Positions 43,516 to 53,987 of a stretch of 64,000 bases of DNA are shown one piece after another. Origin of the DNA: an uncultured delta proteobacterium (GTDB lineage: Bacteria; Desulfobacterota; Desulfomonilia; UBA1062); NCBI GenBank assembly GCA_963785235.1, contig CAWAUM010000011.1, positions 1-64,000 on the forward strand, written 5' to 3'. The notes under the pieces were generated by a model. It did no database searches and was not told the DNA's origin. It saw only the letters and a list, made by a program, of their open reading frames with translations. Position 1 is the stretch's first letter. Each line of letters opens with the position of its first letter. Made by a program: the position numbers and the translations under genes.

Positions 43516-44453
43516 TTCTTCAGAAGTAGTTGAATGGTCCTGCGAATGAGGGAATAGCTCATCCACAAGGTGTTCATAATGATTTTATGCCACGCAGGGT
43601 TTCGCCATGATGGGAATATCCTTAATGCCAATGCATATTGCTGATAAGCGAAAAGAAATAATTTCTGGGAATAGGCCATGCTCTCGCCAAACCATGTGTG
43701 CATCCCCGCAAGTGTGGATGGGTCATGTGCGTACGGTGAAAGGTCTGGAAAAAGCCCTCTTTGATGCATCTCATTGAAAACCTCTTTGAACATTTCCAAT
43801 GTTTCAGCCTTGTGTCTCTCGACGTTACGGCTATCTTGTGCCCCGTGAACTCTCTGTTTAACTGATTTATCAGCTACTCGCCCAATTTCGAAGTGGCGCA
43901 GGAGTCGCAACCACATCTGTGTATCTTGATTGTAGCGCCATTTTTCCGAGAATAGACCTACTTTATCAAAACAGGATCGCTCAATTAATATGGTCGAACC
44001 ATTGATATACACCCCCCGGAACAGCTCACGGATTGCCTGCTCACGAGGATACCAAGGGGTATCGATCACATGCAACTGTTCACCCCTGTCATTGATGATG
44101 ATGAAATCCGTATAACATGCCTTGAACTGAGGATGTGCACTAAGGAAGGCCACCTGTCCTTCAAGTTTTTCAGGCAGCCAGAGATCGTCGTGGCTGAGCC
44201 AGGCAAACCATCTGCCACGCATCTCCTTGATACCCATATTCAGTGCACTCGCAACACCACCATTAGGTTTGCGAAAACCGCGTATCCGGTCTTTGTATGA
44301 CTGGATGATCTCCCATGTCCCGTCGGTTGATCCGTCATCGACTACCAGCACTTCATAATCCGTATATGTCTGGGACAAGACGCTATTGATTGCCTCGCTC
44401 AGGTAATTAGTCCCATTAAAGACAGGGATCACTACGCTTACTGAAGGGTTCAT
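43512..44453 (-). CDS. glycosyltransferase family 2
   Basis: SVVIPVFN, VDDGSTD, NGGVASALN and WLSHDD. Confidence 0.92.
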   Translation of the reverse strand: MNPSVSVVIPVFNGTNYLSEAINSVLSQTYTDYEVLVVDDGSTDGTWEIIQSYKDRIRGFRKPNGGVASALNMGIKEMRGRWFAWLSHDDLWLPEKLEGQVAFLSAHPQFKACYTDFIIINDRGEQLHVIDTPWYPREQAIRELFRGVYINGSTILIERSCFDKVGLFSEKWRYNQDTQMWLRLLRHFEIGRVADKSVKQRVHGAQDSRNVERHKAETLEMFKEVFNEMHQRGLFPDLSPYAHDPSTLAGMHTWFGESMAYSQKLFLFAYQQYALALRIFPSWRNPAWHKIIMNTLWMSYSLIRRTIQLLLKK

Positions 44454-45541
44454 GCTCTGAGATTACGAAATCCAAGAATGATCTTGATCACGGTGTTGCT
44501 GACCTGTTCTGCCATATATTCGGGGGGGACACTCCATTTTTCATGGGATGCGAGAACTGTATGCACGCATTGAACAATGGATTCGACTTCTGCGCCGCTG
44601 AGAATGTTGCACCCGTGCTCGATGGTTTCGGGACGTTCTGTTACATCTCGAATCGTAACATTGGGAATCCCGAAGATAGCGCATTCCTCCTGGACAGTGC
44701 CGCTATCGGTAATGACACAGCGGGCATTGCGCTCAAGGGTGATGAAATCGAAGAAGCCGAATGGCTCCAGGTAATGCACCTGAGGATTATCGTTACAGAC
44801 TTTGAATCCCTTGATGCGTGCCCTTGTATGTGGATGAGTGCTGACGATGATTGGAAGGTTGTATTCTTTCTGCAAATAATCAAAGGATCTGACCAGATTT
44901 TGCAGGCGAATTTCAACATCCACATTTTCCGCCCTGTGCATGGTGACGAGGAAATACTGTCCGGCCTCCAGTTCCAGCTGTTCAAGGATGGCAGAACGAC
45001 TGATATGCTTATCATGGTGCCGGATTACCTCATAAATGGGATTACCCGTTACATAGATTCGCTCACCCGGGATGCCCTCACGCAGCAGATTCTGTCTGGA
45101 TCGCTCGGTATACGGCATGAGTACGTCGCTGACCTGGTCTATGATGCGCCGGTTGACCTCTTCCGGGACACGGTCGTCAAAGCATCTGTTTCCTGCTTCC
45201 ATGTGGTAGACCGGGATGCCCATCCTCTTGGCGACGACAGCCGACAGGGCACTGTTGGTATCTCCCAGCACGAGCATCTTGTCCGGCTTCTCGGAGAGCA
45301 GCACCTTTTCACTCTCCATGATGATCTTTCCGATCTGCTCTCCCAATGTATCGCCGCGAATCCCTAGAAAATGATCAGGGGCCCGTACATCAAGCTGCTT
45401 GAAAAAAAGTTCGCTCAAGGCCGGATCGAAGTTCTGGCCCGTGTGAACAAGGACGTGCTGACATGACTGGTCAAGCTTTTTCATTACGAGACTTAACCGA
45501 ATGATCTCCGGACGCGTGCCGAGTATGGTGATAACTTTCAT
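44450..45541 (-). CDS. non-hydrolysing UDP-sugar 2-epimerase (WbjD/FnlC/QnlB type)
   Basis: GTRPEIIRL, HTGQNF, GDTNS, HMEAGNRCFD..VPEE.NR and TDSGTVQEE. Confidence 0.9.
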   Translation of the reverse strand: MKVITILGTRPEIIRLSLVMKKLDQSCQHVLVHTGQNFDPALSELFFKQLDVRAPDHFLGIRGDTLGEQIGKIIMESEKVLLSEKPDKMLVLGDTNSALSAVVAKRMGIPVYHMEAGNRCFDDRVPEEVNRRIIDQVSDVLMPYTERSRQNLLREGIPGERIYVTGNPIYEVIRHHDKHISRSAILEQLELEAGQYFLVTMHRAENVDVEIRLQNLVRSFDYLQKEYNLPIIVSTHPHTRARIKGFKVCNDNPQVHYLEPFGFFDFITLERNARCVITDSGTVQEECAIFGIPNVTIRDVTERPETIEHGCNILSGAEVESIVQCVHTVLASHEKWSVPPEYMAEQVSNTVIKIILGFRNLRA

Positions 45542-45543
45542 GA

Positions 45544-46542
45544 TTATGACCTCATCCAAAATGCTGAAGGTTCAGACATGGGATAATGCCGGCGCATGAC
45601 ATGATACTCGGGAAATACTGCACAGACTGGCTCGGGATATTTGAGTATCATGTAATTGCCGGCCCACAGGACCTTGAAGCGGGTATTAAAAGCCAAAAAA
45701 GCCTGGAGCAGATACTGCTCGTTCCAGTAGAGCTGATTGTCGTAATAGACCTTGGGATAGTGCCTTGGCAAGCTGATATCATGAATATGTATGAGAACAC
45801 CCGGGGCCAGGCGAGGGAGAATCTCCAGGTATTCATATTCCACATCATTGCCGGATCTGAAGACATGGCTTGAGTCGATGAAGAGGATGTCGCCCGCTTC
45901 AAGAGAGGTAAAAAGGTCCGAATTCAGGTCCTGGACCTTCATGGTGAGAAGACGTGTAAGCCCGGGGACGCCCTTTTCAAGGATGCTCTGCGGGTATGGG
46001 TCAATGGCGGTATAATCCACCGCATTACCTGTTTCCCTTTGATTTTCCAGGCAGGCTGCCCCACCCAGGAGCGTAGAATTCCCGGCTCCGATTTCTATGA
46101 TGCGTCTGGGTTTATAGTGGCGGATCATGGAATAGTAGACATGGGCATCAATGGCCATGTACCCGCCGTTGATGAGGTAGAACAACCGAGGGTCTCCGGG
46201 ACGTTCAAGGGGGAAACGATCGCGGAATTCACCCATATACCGCGGGAATACACCTTCCAGAAGCTCCAGTGCCCCTTGCTCGTTCAAGTCTAAGCCGATC
46301 AGTTCCGAGTGTTTCCCCCAGTACCCAGAAGGGATGTCTTCATCGGCCGGAATCGGCAGGTAGAAATGCTTACGCAGGAGATGATATCCATGTCTTGAGA
46401 ACACGTCATGGTAGGGATTTCCCGGTATTTTCCCGATGCATAAGGCTGTGGCCTTGGCCAGGGGAGAACACAGCCTGAGAAGGATCGGACCGGTAATCCT
46501 GTGATTCAGCCACTTGCCGACTTTGCTGAGGAGAAGCCTCAC
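45544..46542 (-). CDS. class I SAM-dependent methyltransferase (Methyltransf_24-like)
   Basis: PRRIIEIGAGNST, DILFIDSSH, HIHDI and WNEQYLL. Confidence 0.85.
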   Translation of the reverse strand: MRLLLSKVGKWLNHRITGPILLRLCSPLAKATALCIGKIPGNPYHDVFSRHGYHLLRKHFYLPIPADEDIPSGYWGKHSELIGLDLNEQGALELLEGVFPRYMGEFRDRFPLERPGDPRLFYLINGGYMAIDAHVYYSMIRHYKPRRIIEIGAGNSTLLGGAACLENQRETGNAVDYTAIDPYPQSILEKGVPGLTRLLTMKVQDLNSDLFTSLEAGDILFIDSSHVFRSGNDVEYEYLEILPRLAPGVLIHIHDISLPRHYPKVYYDNQLYWNEQYLLQAFLAFNTRFKVLWAGNYMILKYPEPVCAVFPEYHVMRRHYPMSEPSAFWMRS

Positions 46543-47609
46543 CTGAGAAGTTCCTCTTCTTCAGCCTCATAGTCATCAATGAGCAGTCTCTGTTTCTTGA
46601 GCAATGCCTTCAGGTTCGTTTTACTGATAAGGTTGTTTGCAGAGCTGAACTCTTCTTGTAAAGGGGCAACGCTCGGTTCTTTCGGGCGCAGTTCCGGCAG
46701 CATGGGGAGAATTGCATAGTAATCGCCTCTATCCACGGTGCGGTAGCATTCCTCTTCAGAGATCAGGATCTCATGGACCTTTTCTCCCGGTCGTATCCCG
46801 GTGATCACGGTCTTGATGGGGCGCTTGTCTATGAGCACTGCGGCGATATCCACCACCTTTGCAGAAGGGGCCCGCGGGATGTATGTTTCCCCCTTACGGG
46901 CGTGCTTTATGGCTTCGAAAATGGTATCCACCGCCTGATTCAGGCTGAGGAGAAAACGTGTCATATCCTCTGTGGTGATTGTCACTGGCCCGTTATTCCT
47001 GATCTGTTCATAGAAAAGCGGAATGACCGACCCCCTAGATGCAAGGACGTTTCCATAACGCACGCAGATAAACCGCGTGTCAGGGCACTCGAGATTGGCA
47101 CGTATAAAGACCCGTTCCTGGATAGCCTTGGTCATGCCCATGACATTGACCGGCTTGCACGCCTTATCCGTGGAAATGCCGACCACTGCCTCTATGGGCA
47201 ACCGATGCTCGCGTATGGCCCGAACGATGTTCTCCGGCCCCTCGATATTGGTCCGAACCGCCTCATAGGGGAAGTACTCGCAGGCAGGGACCTGTTTGAG
47301 GGCTGCGGCGTTGAATACGATGTCAGCATCACGCAGTACGGAGGCGATGCTGTGAAAGTCGCGCACATCGCCGATTCTGAACTCCAGGAGTTGTTCGAAG
47401 TTGTGGTAGATAACCTCATCCGTGGGTGAACGGCGGTGCAGATACTCGATGCGCATGGCGTGCTGCTTGGCCTCGTCCCGGGAGAACACGATAATCTTTC
47501 TGGGTTTGCCCATCTCTGAGGTCAAAAGTCGGCGGACTAATACATGGCCGAGTGATCCGGTTCCACCGGTGACAAGGATGCTCTTGCCATCCAACGGTTT
47601 CTTTTTCAT
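46539..47609 (-). CDS. UDP-GlcNAc 4,6-dehydratase/epimerase (FnlA/WbjB family)
   Basis: TGGTGSLG, SRDEAKQ, AALKQVP.CE, STDKA and RYGNVLASRGSV. Confidence 0.88.
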   Translation of the reverse strand: MKKKPLDGKSILVTGGTGSLGHVLVRRLLTSEMGKPRKIIVFSRDEAKQHAMRIEYLHRRSPTDEVIYHNFEQLLEFRIGDVRDFHSIASVLRDADIVFNAAALKQVPACEYFPYEAVRTNIEGPENIVRAIREHRLPIEAVVGISTDKACKPVNVMGMTKAIQERVFIRANLECPDTRFICVRYGNVLASRGSVIPLFYEQIRNNGPVTITTEDMTRFLLSLNQAVDTIFEAIKHARKGETYIPRAPSAKVVDIAAVLIDKRPIKTVITGIRPGEKVHEILISEEECYRTVDRGDYYAILPMLPELRPKEPSVAPLQEEFSSANNLISKTNLKALLKKQRLLIDDYEAEEEELLR

Positions 47610-48505
47610 AGAATAATTTTCCTCCATTGCTCATATGTGGGCCATTCTGATGCCAGGCCGTCGATCATTGCTTCCCATTCCGGGGGTTGCCATCCGGTGG
47701 TTTCCGTGAAGTGCGCGCCGATAAGACTGCGGTCGCAACGAAAATCGTCATCGGATTCGATGGTGATATCGTTCCAGTGTAAGGCATCTCTCATGCGCAG
47801 CAAGAGGTCGTATTTCGTTATGGGGCTGCCGGCTACCTGGTAGATGCCTGAAAGGTCCGGCCTGGTTTCCAGAAGCCATCCCATCAGGTCCGACAATACG
47901 GAAGTGGACAGCCCTGTATAGATTGCATGCCGGAAGCCTTTGATATGCCGTCCACGCTGGAGGGCGAACCACTCCAGGAGGCTTGCCTGGTTCTTCAGCT
48001 CCCATCCGATGATGGAGGTGCGCAGCGTCAGGCACCCTTGCCTGTCAAGCTCGCCCAGCAGTTTTGAGCGGCCGTAGAGGTCCACAGGATCGGGTATGTC
48101 CGCTTCGGAATAATTTCCCCTGTGGCCCGAGAAGACGCAGTCAGTGGATAAATGAATGAGCCGTGCGCCGATATTCCCGCACATTTCGGCCAGCAGGTGG
48201 GGAAACAGGGCGTTCACCCGGATGGAGGGTATGGCGGCCTTGGCCTCGTCCCGCTGCTTGACGATGCCTATGCAGTTAATCACCCCGTCGGGGACGATCT
48301 CCCGGATAGCCTTTTCCACAGTTGCCGTTTCGCAGGCGTCGACACCCCCCCGGACGTGTCCGGAATCTTCAGGGGAAAATAGCGGGTGGCGCGTCCAGAG
48401 GCCATGGTTGCTGCGGAATGCCGCATAGGTATCAAAGCGGCCACGGAGCCTCTGGAAGACCTTGTGCCCGAGCATGCCGTCAGCGCCGAGGACGAGTAGT
48501 TTCAA
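47606..48505 (-). CDS. RmlD-like SDR 4-reductase (QnlA/WbvR type)
   Basis: GADGMLG, INCIG, HLSTDCVF and YGRSK. Confidence 0.85.
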   Translation of the reverse strand: MKLLVLGADGMLGHKVFQRLRGRFDTYAAFRSNHGLWTRHPLFSPEDSGHVRGGVDACETATVEKAIREIVPDGVINCIGIVKQRDEAKAAIPSIRVNALFPHLLAEMCGNIGARLIHLSTDCVFSGHRGNYSEADIPDPVDLYGRSKLLGELDRQGCLTLRTSIIGWELKNQASLLEWFALQRGRHIKGFRHAIYTGLSTSVLSDLMGWLLETRPDLSGIYQVAGSPITKYDLLLRMRDALHWNDITIESDDDFRCDRSLIGAHFTETTGWQPPEWEAMIDGLASEWPTYEQWRKIIL

Positions 48506-49719
48506 TCCATGTCCCTCCTGCGGGTCTGTGAAAAGATATCCTGGTAGGCAGCGATCACCTGCGGCTTTATGATGGAGACGTCGAGGCGTTCTGCTGCGGT
48601 TTTCCTGTTGATTGCGGAAGCTTCATCCACCAAGGCATCCTCGGACACGGCCCTGACGATGGCCCCCGAGATGGTTTCCGGGTCTTCCGGGGGAACGATA
48701 AGGCCGCTTATGCCGTGCTTGACCCACTCCTGGGCGCTTGAGGTGTTCGACTGGATAGGGAAGCTTCCCATGATCATGGCTTCGAGCAGCGAGGTGCTGA
48801 TGGCATCGGATATGCTCAAGCCAAGGTAGATCCTCGCTTGACCAAACAGGGCCATCATCTCCTCATGGGTGCAGGGCGGGACGATCTCCACGGGAAGCCC
48901 CGTGTCCTGGCTCATAAGCTGCGCGGCGATCTTTATACTTTCGTCCATCCATGCGGAATAGATGGCGACCCTGTATCCCTTGAGCCGGGGGGCACTCATG
49001 CCGATGGCTCGAATACCAACAAGGGCGCGGCCGAACATGCCCTGATAACCCTTCAGCAGAATCAGTCGGCGTGCCGACACCGGTTCCTGGGCGGGGATAC
49101 TTTTGAGGCGGGAAAGATTGTACCCTCCTGAGTTGGGAAGGACAGGAAGGACCTTTTCCTTGAACCCCAGGGATCTGGCCAGATCGACATCCCTATGGCA
49201 TTCGCAGGAGTAGTAGTCACACTGTGACAAGACCGCCTTGATGCGCTCGCGATGCCCGGGCAATCGGCCGAACAGGTAGATGTCACTCCCCCAGTTCGTG
49301 GCGATCCATGCCGGGAAGAGTCCCTTAAACCGCATTTTCACATCATGCGTCAGGTATCCCGCTGACTGGAATTCCATGGAATGGATTATGTCCGGGCGGA
49401 TCTTCAGGATGAGCCGCTGCAGTTGGTTCTCCCGGTAATCCGGGGATGCCTTCCGGAGGAGGTTGCGCGCCGCATTGACGCAAAAGTCCGAAACCAGGGG
49501 GATGCCCCTGTATCTCACATTCCGGTTCAGTCGTTTCTGCTCAAGGGAATAGAAGGAATGGTGTACCGTCACGTTCTTCAGGTCGGGGTGTACGCGGCCG
49601 TTGTCATCGCTCGGGAAGAGATGCAGGTCCCATCCCTCATCCGCGATCTGCGAGATCCATCGTGCAGTGTGGATGCTGTTGGACATGGCGATGAATAGAA
49701 TACGTACTTTTTTACTCAT
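48502..49719 (-). CDS. glycosyltransferase family 4
   Basis: SIHTARW, WGSDIY and SLLEAM.MG.FPI. Confidence 0.85.
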   Translation of the reverse strand: MSKKVRILFIAMSNSIHTARWISQIADEGWDLHLFPSDDNGRVHPDLKNVTVHHSFYSLEQKRLNRNVRYRGIPLVSDFCVNAARNLLRKASPDYRENQLQRLILKIRPDIIHSMEFQSAGYLTHDVKMRFKGLFPAWIATNWGSDIYLFGRLPGHRERIKAVLSQCDYYSCECHRDVDLARSLGFKEKVLPVLPNSGGYNLSRLKSIPAQEPVSARRLILLKGYQGMFGRALVGIRAIGMSAPRLKGYRVAIYSAWMDESIKIAAQLMSQDTGLPVEIVPPCTHEEMMALFGQARIYLGLSISDAISTSLLEAMIMGSFPIQSNTSSAQEWVKHGISGLIVPPEDPETISGAIVRAVSEDALVDEASAINRKTAAERLDVSIIKPQVIAAYQDIFSQTRRRDMD

Positions 49720-49812
49720 ATAACCACAGATAGTCAGCATAAACCTTTCTTTTAGGATGTGATGCGAGATTATAATTGAGGAAAGATATTTTGAGTATGC
49801 CAAATCTTGAGA

Positions 49813-51000
49813 TCATTGTTCAAACCTGCTGAGAAAATCATGAAAACGGTTTTGTATGAGGGTAATGTCAAATTCGCGTTTGGCTGATGAGCGTGCATTC
49901 ATAGCCATTTCCGGGTGCTGGTTCGTGAGGAGTTTCTCTATGGCAGAACACAATACCTGGGGATCACGTTCATCGACAACCAATCCGCAGGCATGCTTCC
50001 TAAAAAACCAGCTGATGAATGAATCTCCTGGTGCATGGACAAGAATCGGTCTTTCTACGGAGAGATACTCTCCTGTCTTGCCTGGAGCGGATGTTCTTAT
50101 GACCTCAGGTATTCCGGAGTGAAACGCCAGCGGCAGGAAGAGTATATCGGCCTGGCGGAGGACATATGGGACCATTGAAGAATTTATATGGGTATGAAAT
50201 CGCACCATGGGGCCTGTTATTCCCTCTTTTCTCAGGGAAGATTCCGATTGGGAGGTAAAGATATCGATGCGAATGTCATCTCTCCCAAGCAATCCCACAG
50301 CATCTATGAGATCTAGGAAGGAATCAAGCTGGGCATGATAGATCGAACCGGTATACACGATATGTTTTTGAGTGGGGTCGAGGATCCGTTCTCCTAGATC
50401 CAGCTCCTGCAATGAAGGCAGATTACAAGGGTTGTGGATTACCGTCCCCTCAATGCCGTAACGGTTATAGTATTCACGGTGCATGAACTCATTCGCAACG
50501 AGGACACCACTTGAATGCCTCATGATATAAGGTTCGAAATGCCGTGCCAAGGTACGATATATCCCCTTCCACTGGTAGATATAATCATCGAAGATATAAG
50601 GGACATAAGGTGTCCTTGTCCTTATGCTTGCAACATATCCTGCCGGCAGGTCGTACGGGTCTCCTGAGCAGGCGATAAGAAGACCATGGTTCCCTTTTTT
50701 TAGGATCCCTGTAATCTCCGAGGATCTCATCAGAATGCCCAGGAAGGCATTGAGAAGGATAATCAATTCTTTCAGGATCGAAAATTTAGGGACAGGGATA
50801 TGGAGAACAGGTCTCAGGTGACAATATTCCCCCGAGAGTCTCTCTGTGGAGATCTTGTCCTGAGCATAGAGTTTGTCTTGCATCTTGGTCAACAGGGTAT
50901 AACGATCAGGCGGAAGAACCTGCAATAATCGATATAATACCGTTGCCTGTCCTGATGGTGCAGGCGGAACACTATGTGAGAGCACGGCTATTTTATTCAT
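49813..51000 (-). CDS. glycosyltransferase family 4-like
   Basis: VYTGSIY, ADILFLP and PGK..EYL...RPIL. Confidence 0.8.
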   Translation of the reverse strand: MNKIAVLSHSVPPAPSGQATVLYRLLQVLPPDRYTLLTKMQDKLYAQDKISTERLSGEYCHLRPVLHIPVPKFSILKELIILLNAFLGILMRSSEITGILKKGNHGLLIACSGDPYDLPAGYVASIRTRTPYVPYIFDDYIYQWKGIYRTLARHFEPYIMRHSSGVLVANEFMHREYYNRYGIEGTVIHNPCNLPSLQELDLGERILDPTQKHIVYTGSIYHAQLDSFLDLIDAVGLLGRDDIRIDIFTSQSESSLRKEGITGPMVRFHTHINSSMVPYVLRQADILFLPLAFHSGIPEVIRTSAPGKTGEYLSVERPILVHAPGDSFISWFFRKHACGLVVDERDPQVLCSAIEKLLTNQHPEMAMNARSSAKREFDITLIQNRFHDFLSRFEQ

Positions 51001-51138
51001 TGAATATCATGGTGTATGCAGGGTGTTGAGTTGCCAACCAATTGTACGGTTCACGATAGACCCCTTCCAGGCCCATGTCTCTATGAAAGAGGCTGTGCAG
51101 AGGTCTCTTCGCGTAATAGCGGTGCAGCGCAGTGTTCG

Positions 51139-52110
51139 CTAAGCTTTGCGTATCCATATGCTTCCGCCTGTATTCTTCAGACAAAGAGGCATGTTCACTC
51201 GAAAGAATGGCTCGTGGAAATGCTCCATGAAGGTGTTCATAAGCACGATGGAGAATTCGTTGTTGTATTGAAGGAATGACCGCAGCAGGTACATTTCGTT
51301 CCAGGCTCGCCCTTCATAAACCCACGCTTTGGGATACTCGAACGGAAAAAAGATGTCGTGAAAGTGAATGTAAACTCCAGAAGAAAGCGTTGGAAGTATC
51401 TCGAAGAAGATACGATTCACATCGCTGTTGATCTTGCTGACATGCGTGGAATCAATAAACAGAATGTCGTTTTCTTCGAGCGCTTCAAACACGTTTAAAT
51501 GAACATCTTGCAATCGTTGTGGAATAATCTTTATCTTGTTTCTGTCATCTTCACTGATGAGTGACAGTAACAGTTCGGGATATGGTTCAATAAACGTGGC
51601 CTTTATTGAGTTATCCAAGAACAATTCATTGGTATCAAGAGTCACGCAAGACGAAAACCCCGACCCAATTTCGATAATCCTTTTCGGCTTCAGGTGCCTG
51701 ATCATGCAATGCAGAAAGATGGCATCTGAATACGTATACACCGGATTCTCGAAGTAGTAGCGTAGTCCTAAAACCTTGTGAGGCTGAAATGGTATATTTT
51801 CATAGTATTTACAGAAAGTCTCGATCAGCTTGAGTTGCTCCGGTTCATGCATTTCAATTCCTGGAAAGTTGCGCGCGGTGTTTCCGAATATCTTTGCTTC
51901 ATCCCGTCTAATCTCCTCCAAGGAAGGGACTGGGGAGTGGAAATGTCCGGGTGGGACAAATCCACAATCCTGGCGCAATTTTTCCAACTCCGAGATGATC
52001 TCTTTAATAATGGGTAACTTCTTGACAAGAGACTTCAATACGCTGGATACAGGCAAGACGGTCCTCCTTTGTTCCGGTGAAAAATTCAACGAGGATCTGG
52101 TTTTATCCAT
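51139..52110 (-). CDS. class I SAM-dependent methyltransferase (Methyltransf_24-like)
   Basis: PGHFHSPVP, IEIGSGFSS, DILFIDSTH, HFHDIF and WNEMYLL. Confidence 0.85.
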   Translation of the reverse strand: MDKTRSSLNFSPEQRRTVLPVSSVLKSLVKKLPIIKEIISELEKLRQDCGFVPPGHFHSPVPSLEEIRRDEAKIFGNTARNFPGIEMHEPEQLKLIETFCKYYENIPFQPHKVLGLRYYFENPVYTYSDAIFLHCMIRHLKPKRIIEIGSGFSSCVTLDTNELFLDNSIKATFIEPYPELLLSLISEDDRNKIKIIPQRLQDVHLNVFEALEENDILFIDSTHVSKINSDVNRIFFEILPTLSSGVYIHFHDIFFPFEYPKAWVYEGRAWNEMYLLRSFLQYNNEFSIVLMNTFMEHFHEPFFRVNMPLCLKNTGGSIWIRKA

Positions 52111-52114
52111 GCCC

Positions 52115-52867
52115 TTAATTAGGTTGCTTACTGATTCTATGGTAGTCTCTTACGTATCTGTAGACTATTCTCACGGTATTCAGCCACCTTCTCATGATCA
52201 TCCAGGCCTTCGACAGGAGGATTGCCTTGACTTCCTTTATGGATTCCCTTGTCCGGGTGCTCGATACACCAGCCTCATCATAGAGGGCGATGGGCATGGA
52301 GATGAGATCGACGATGACATAGTTGGAAAAGATCCTGAGCCACATTTCATAGTCCATGGCGATCCGGTACTGCTCGCTGAAATACCCGTAGCGTTCGAAC
52401 AACCGTCTCTTCACGATTGTTGCAGGGTGAGGTATCCAACTTCCCACAGGGGGCCATATTTCCCACATGGGAGGATGCTGGTATCTCGCATGGGACTGTT
52501 TCGTTTCAATCTGGAATATGATCGCCTCGGCATTACTGATCTTGAGAATGTTGACAAGGGTGTTGCAGTCCATGCCGGGGTGGAAGATATCCCCTCCGTT
52601 GAGGAACCACACCCATTCGGATGTTGACAGATCAAGTCCGTGATTGAATGCTGAAGATATCCCCGAGGGCTCGTGCCAGGCATAGCTGACATTCTCCTCG
52701 CCCCTTGCAATCTCTTCGACATGTTTCTTTACTCCGGGGCTGCTTCCGTCGATGATGATCTGTCTCACACCCAGAAATTTCCTCAAGGGCCTGGTGCTCT
52801 CAATGGTCGACAGGAGACCGTCGAGGTCATCCTTGGTTATGGTGATGATATCCAGGAGTGCACTCAT
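52115..52867 (-). CDS. glycosyltransferase family 2
   Basis: IIIDGSS, GISSAFN, FLNGGD, PHPA and AMDYE.WLR. Confidence 0.88.
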   Translation of the reverse strand: MSALLDIITITKDDLDGLLSTIESTRPLRKFLGVRQIIIDGSSPGVKKHVEEIARGEENVSYAWHEPSGISSAFNHGLDLSTSEWVWFLNGGDIFHPGMDCNTLVNILKISNAEAIIFQIETKQSHARYQHPPMWEIWPPVGSWIPHPATIVKRRLFERYGYFSEQYRIAMDYEMWLRIFSNYVIVDLISMPIALYDEAGVSSTRTRESIKEVKAILLSKAWMIMRRWLNTVRIVYRYVRDYHRISKQPN

Positions 52868-52871
52868 ATCT

Positions 52872-53987
52872 CTACCCTTGTGAAAGAATCCTGGTCAATT
52901 TATTGCAAACATAGTCTATGTCTTCGGGAGTGAGTTGGGCATATGAAGGGAGGTTCAACCCTTGTGCAGACACTCGGTCGGCTACGGGATAGGTTTTCTT
53001 ATCGGAAACTGATCGATACATGGGAAGAGAGTGCATGGGGTAAAAAAACGGCCTTGTCTCGATACCTTCCCCGGCCAGACGCCGCATGACCTCATCGCGT
53101 GAGATGGACAGGCCCTGATCAAGGACAATGCTCGTCATCCAGTAAACACAGCGCGCCCAGGATAATTCCGGTTGCATCGTTATCCCAGGGAGGTTCTCCA
53201 GGCGCTTCTCATAGAGTTGTGCTATTTCACGCCTGCGGGTTATATGCCAGTCGGCCTTCTCCAGCTGTGCCAGCCCTATGGCTGCAGCGATATTCGTCAT
53301 GCGGTAGTTGTAGCCCACCATGGGAAACCAGTATCGACGGGTGGGGTCCATGCCCTGACCCTTCAGGAGGCGCATCTTTTGCGCCAGAACGCTGTCTCCC
53401 GTAACCGCCATCCCACCCTCGCCTGTGGTAAGGATCTTGTTCCCGTAAAAACTGAAGGTGGCAATATCCCCAAGGGACCCGACACGGCGGCCCTTGTAAT
53501 CGGCACCATGTGCCTCGGCGGCATCTTCGATCACGAAGAGGGAATGGGCGCGTGCAACCTCCAGGATGGGGTCCATGTCCACAGGGTGTCCGTAGAGATG
53601 GACTGCGATAATCCCTTTTGTGCGCGGTGTGATGAGGGACTCGATGAGAGAGGTGTTCATGTTCCAGGTGAGAGGTTCAGAGTCTGCGAAGACCGGTGTC
53701 GCACCGCAGTAGGTTACGGCGTTTGCCGTGGCCACGAAGGTCAGCGTCGGAACGATGACCTCGTCGCCGGGGCCCACATCAAATGCTTTAAGGGCAAGGT
53801 GGAGGGCAACAGTCCCGTTGCTGCAGGTGATGGCATGGCCGGTATTGCAGAAGCGGGCGAACTCTTCTTCAAAGAGATCTATGTACTTGCCGCACGAGGA
53901 TATCCATGAGGTGTCCATGCAATCCAGCACATATTTTCTTTCGTTTCCGATCAGGGCCGGGGCGGCGACAGGAATGGAGCGCTTCAT
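52872..53987 (-). CDS. DegT/DnrJ aminotransferase, GDP-perosamine synthase-like
   Basis: WISS.G, NGTVALHLAL, EDAAEAHG and SFYGNKILTTGEGG. Confidence 0.88.
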   Translation of the reverse strand: MKRSIPVAAPALIGNERKYVLDCMDTSWISSCGKYIDLFEEEFARFCNTGHAITCSNGTVALHLALKAFDVGPGDEVIVPTLTFVATANAVTYCGATPVFADSEPLTWNMNTSLIESLITPRTKGIIAVHLYGHPVDMDPILEVARAHSLFVIEDAAEAHGADYKGRRVGSLGDIATFSFYGNKILTTGEGGMAVTGDSVLAQKMRLLKGQGMDPTRRYWFPMVGYNYRMTNIAAAIGLAQLEKADWHITRRREIAQLYEKRLENLPGITMQPELSWARCVYWMTSIVLDQGLSISRDEVMRRLAGEGIETRPFFYPMHSLPMYRSVSDKKTYPVADRVSAQGLNLPSYAQLTPEDIDYVCNKLTRILSQG

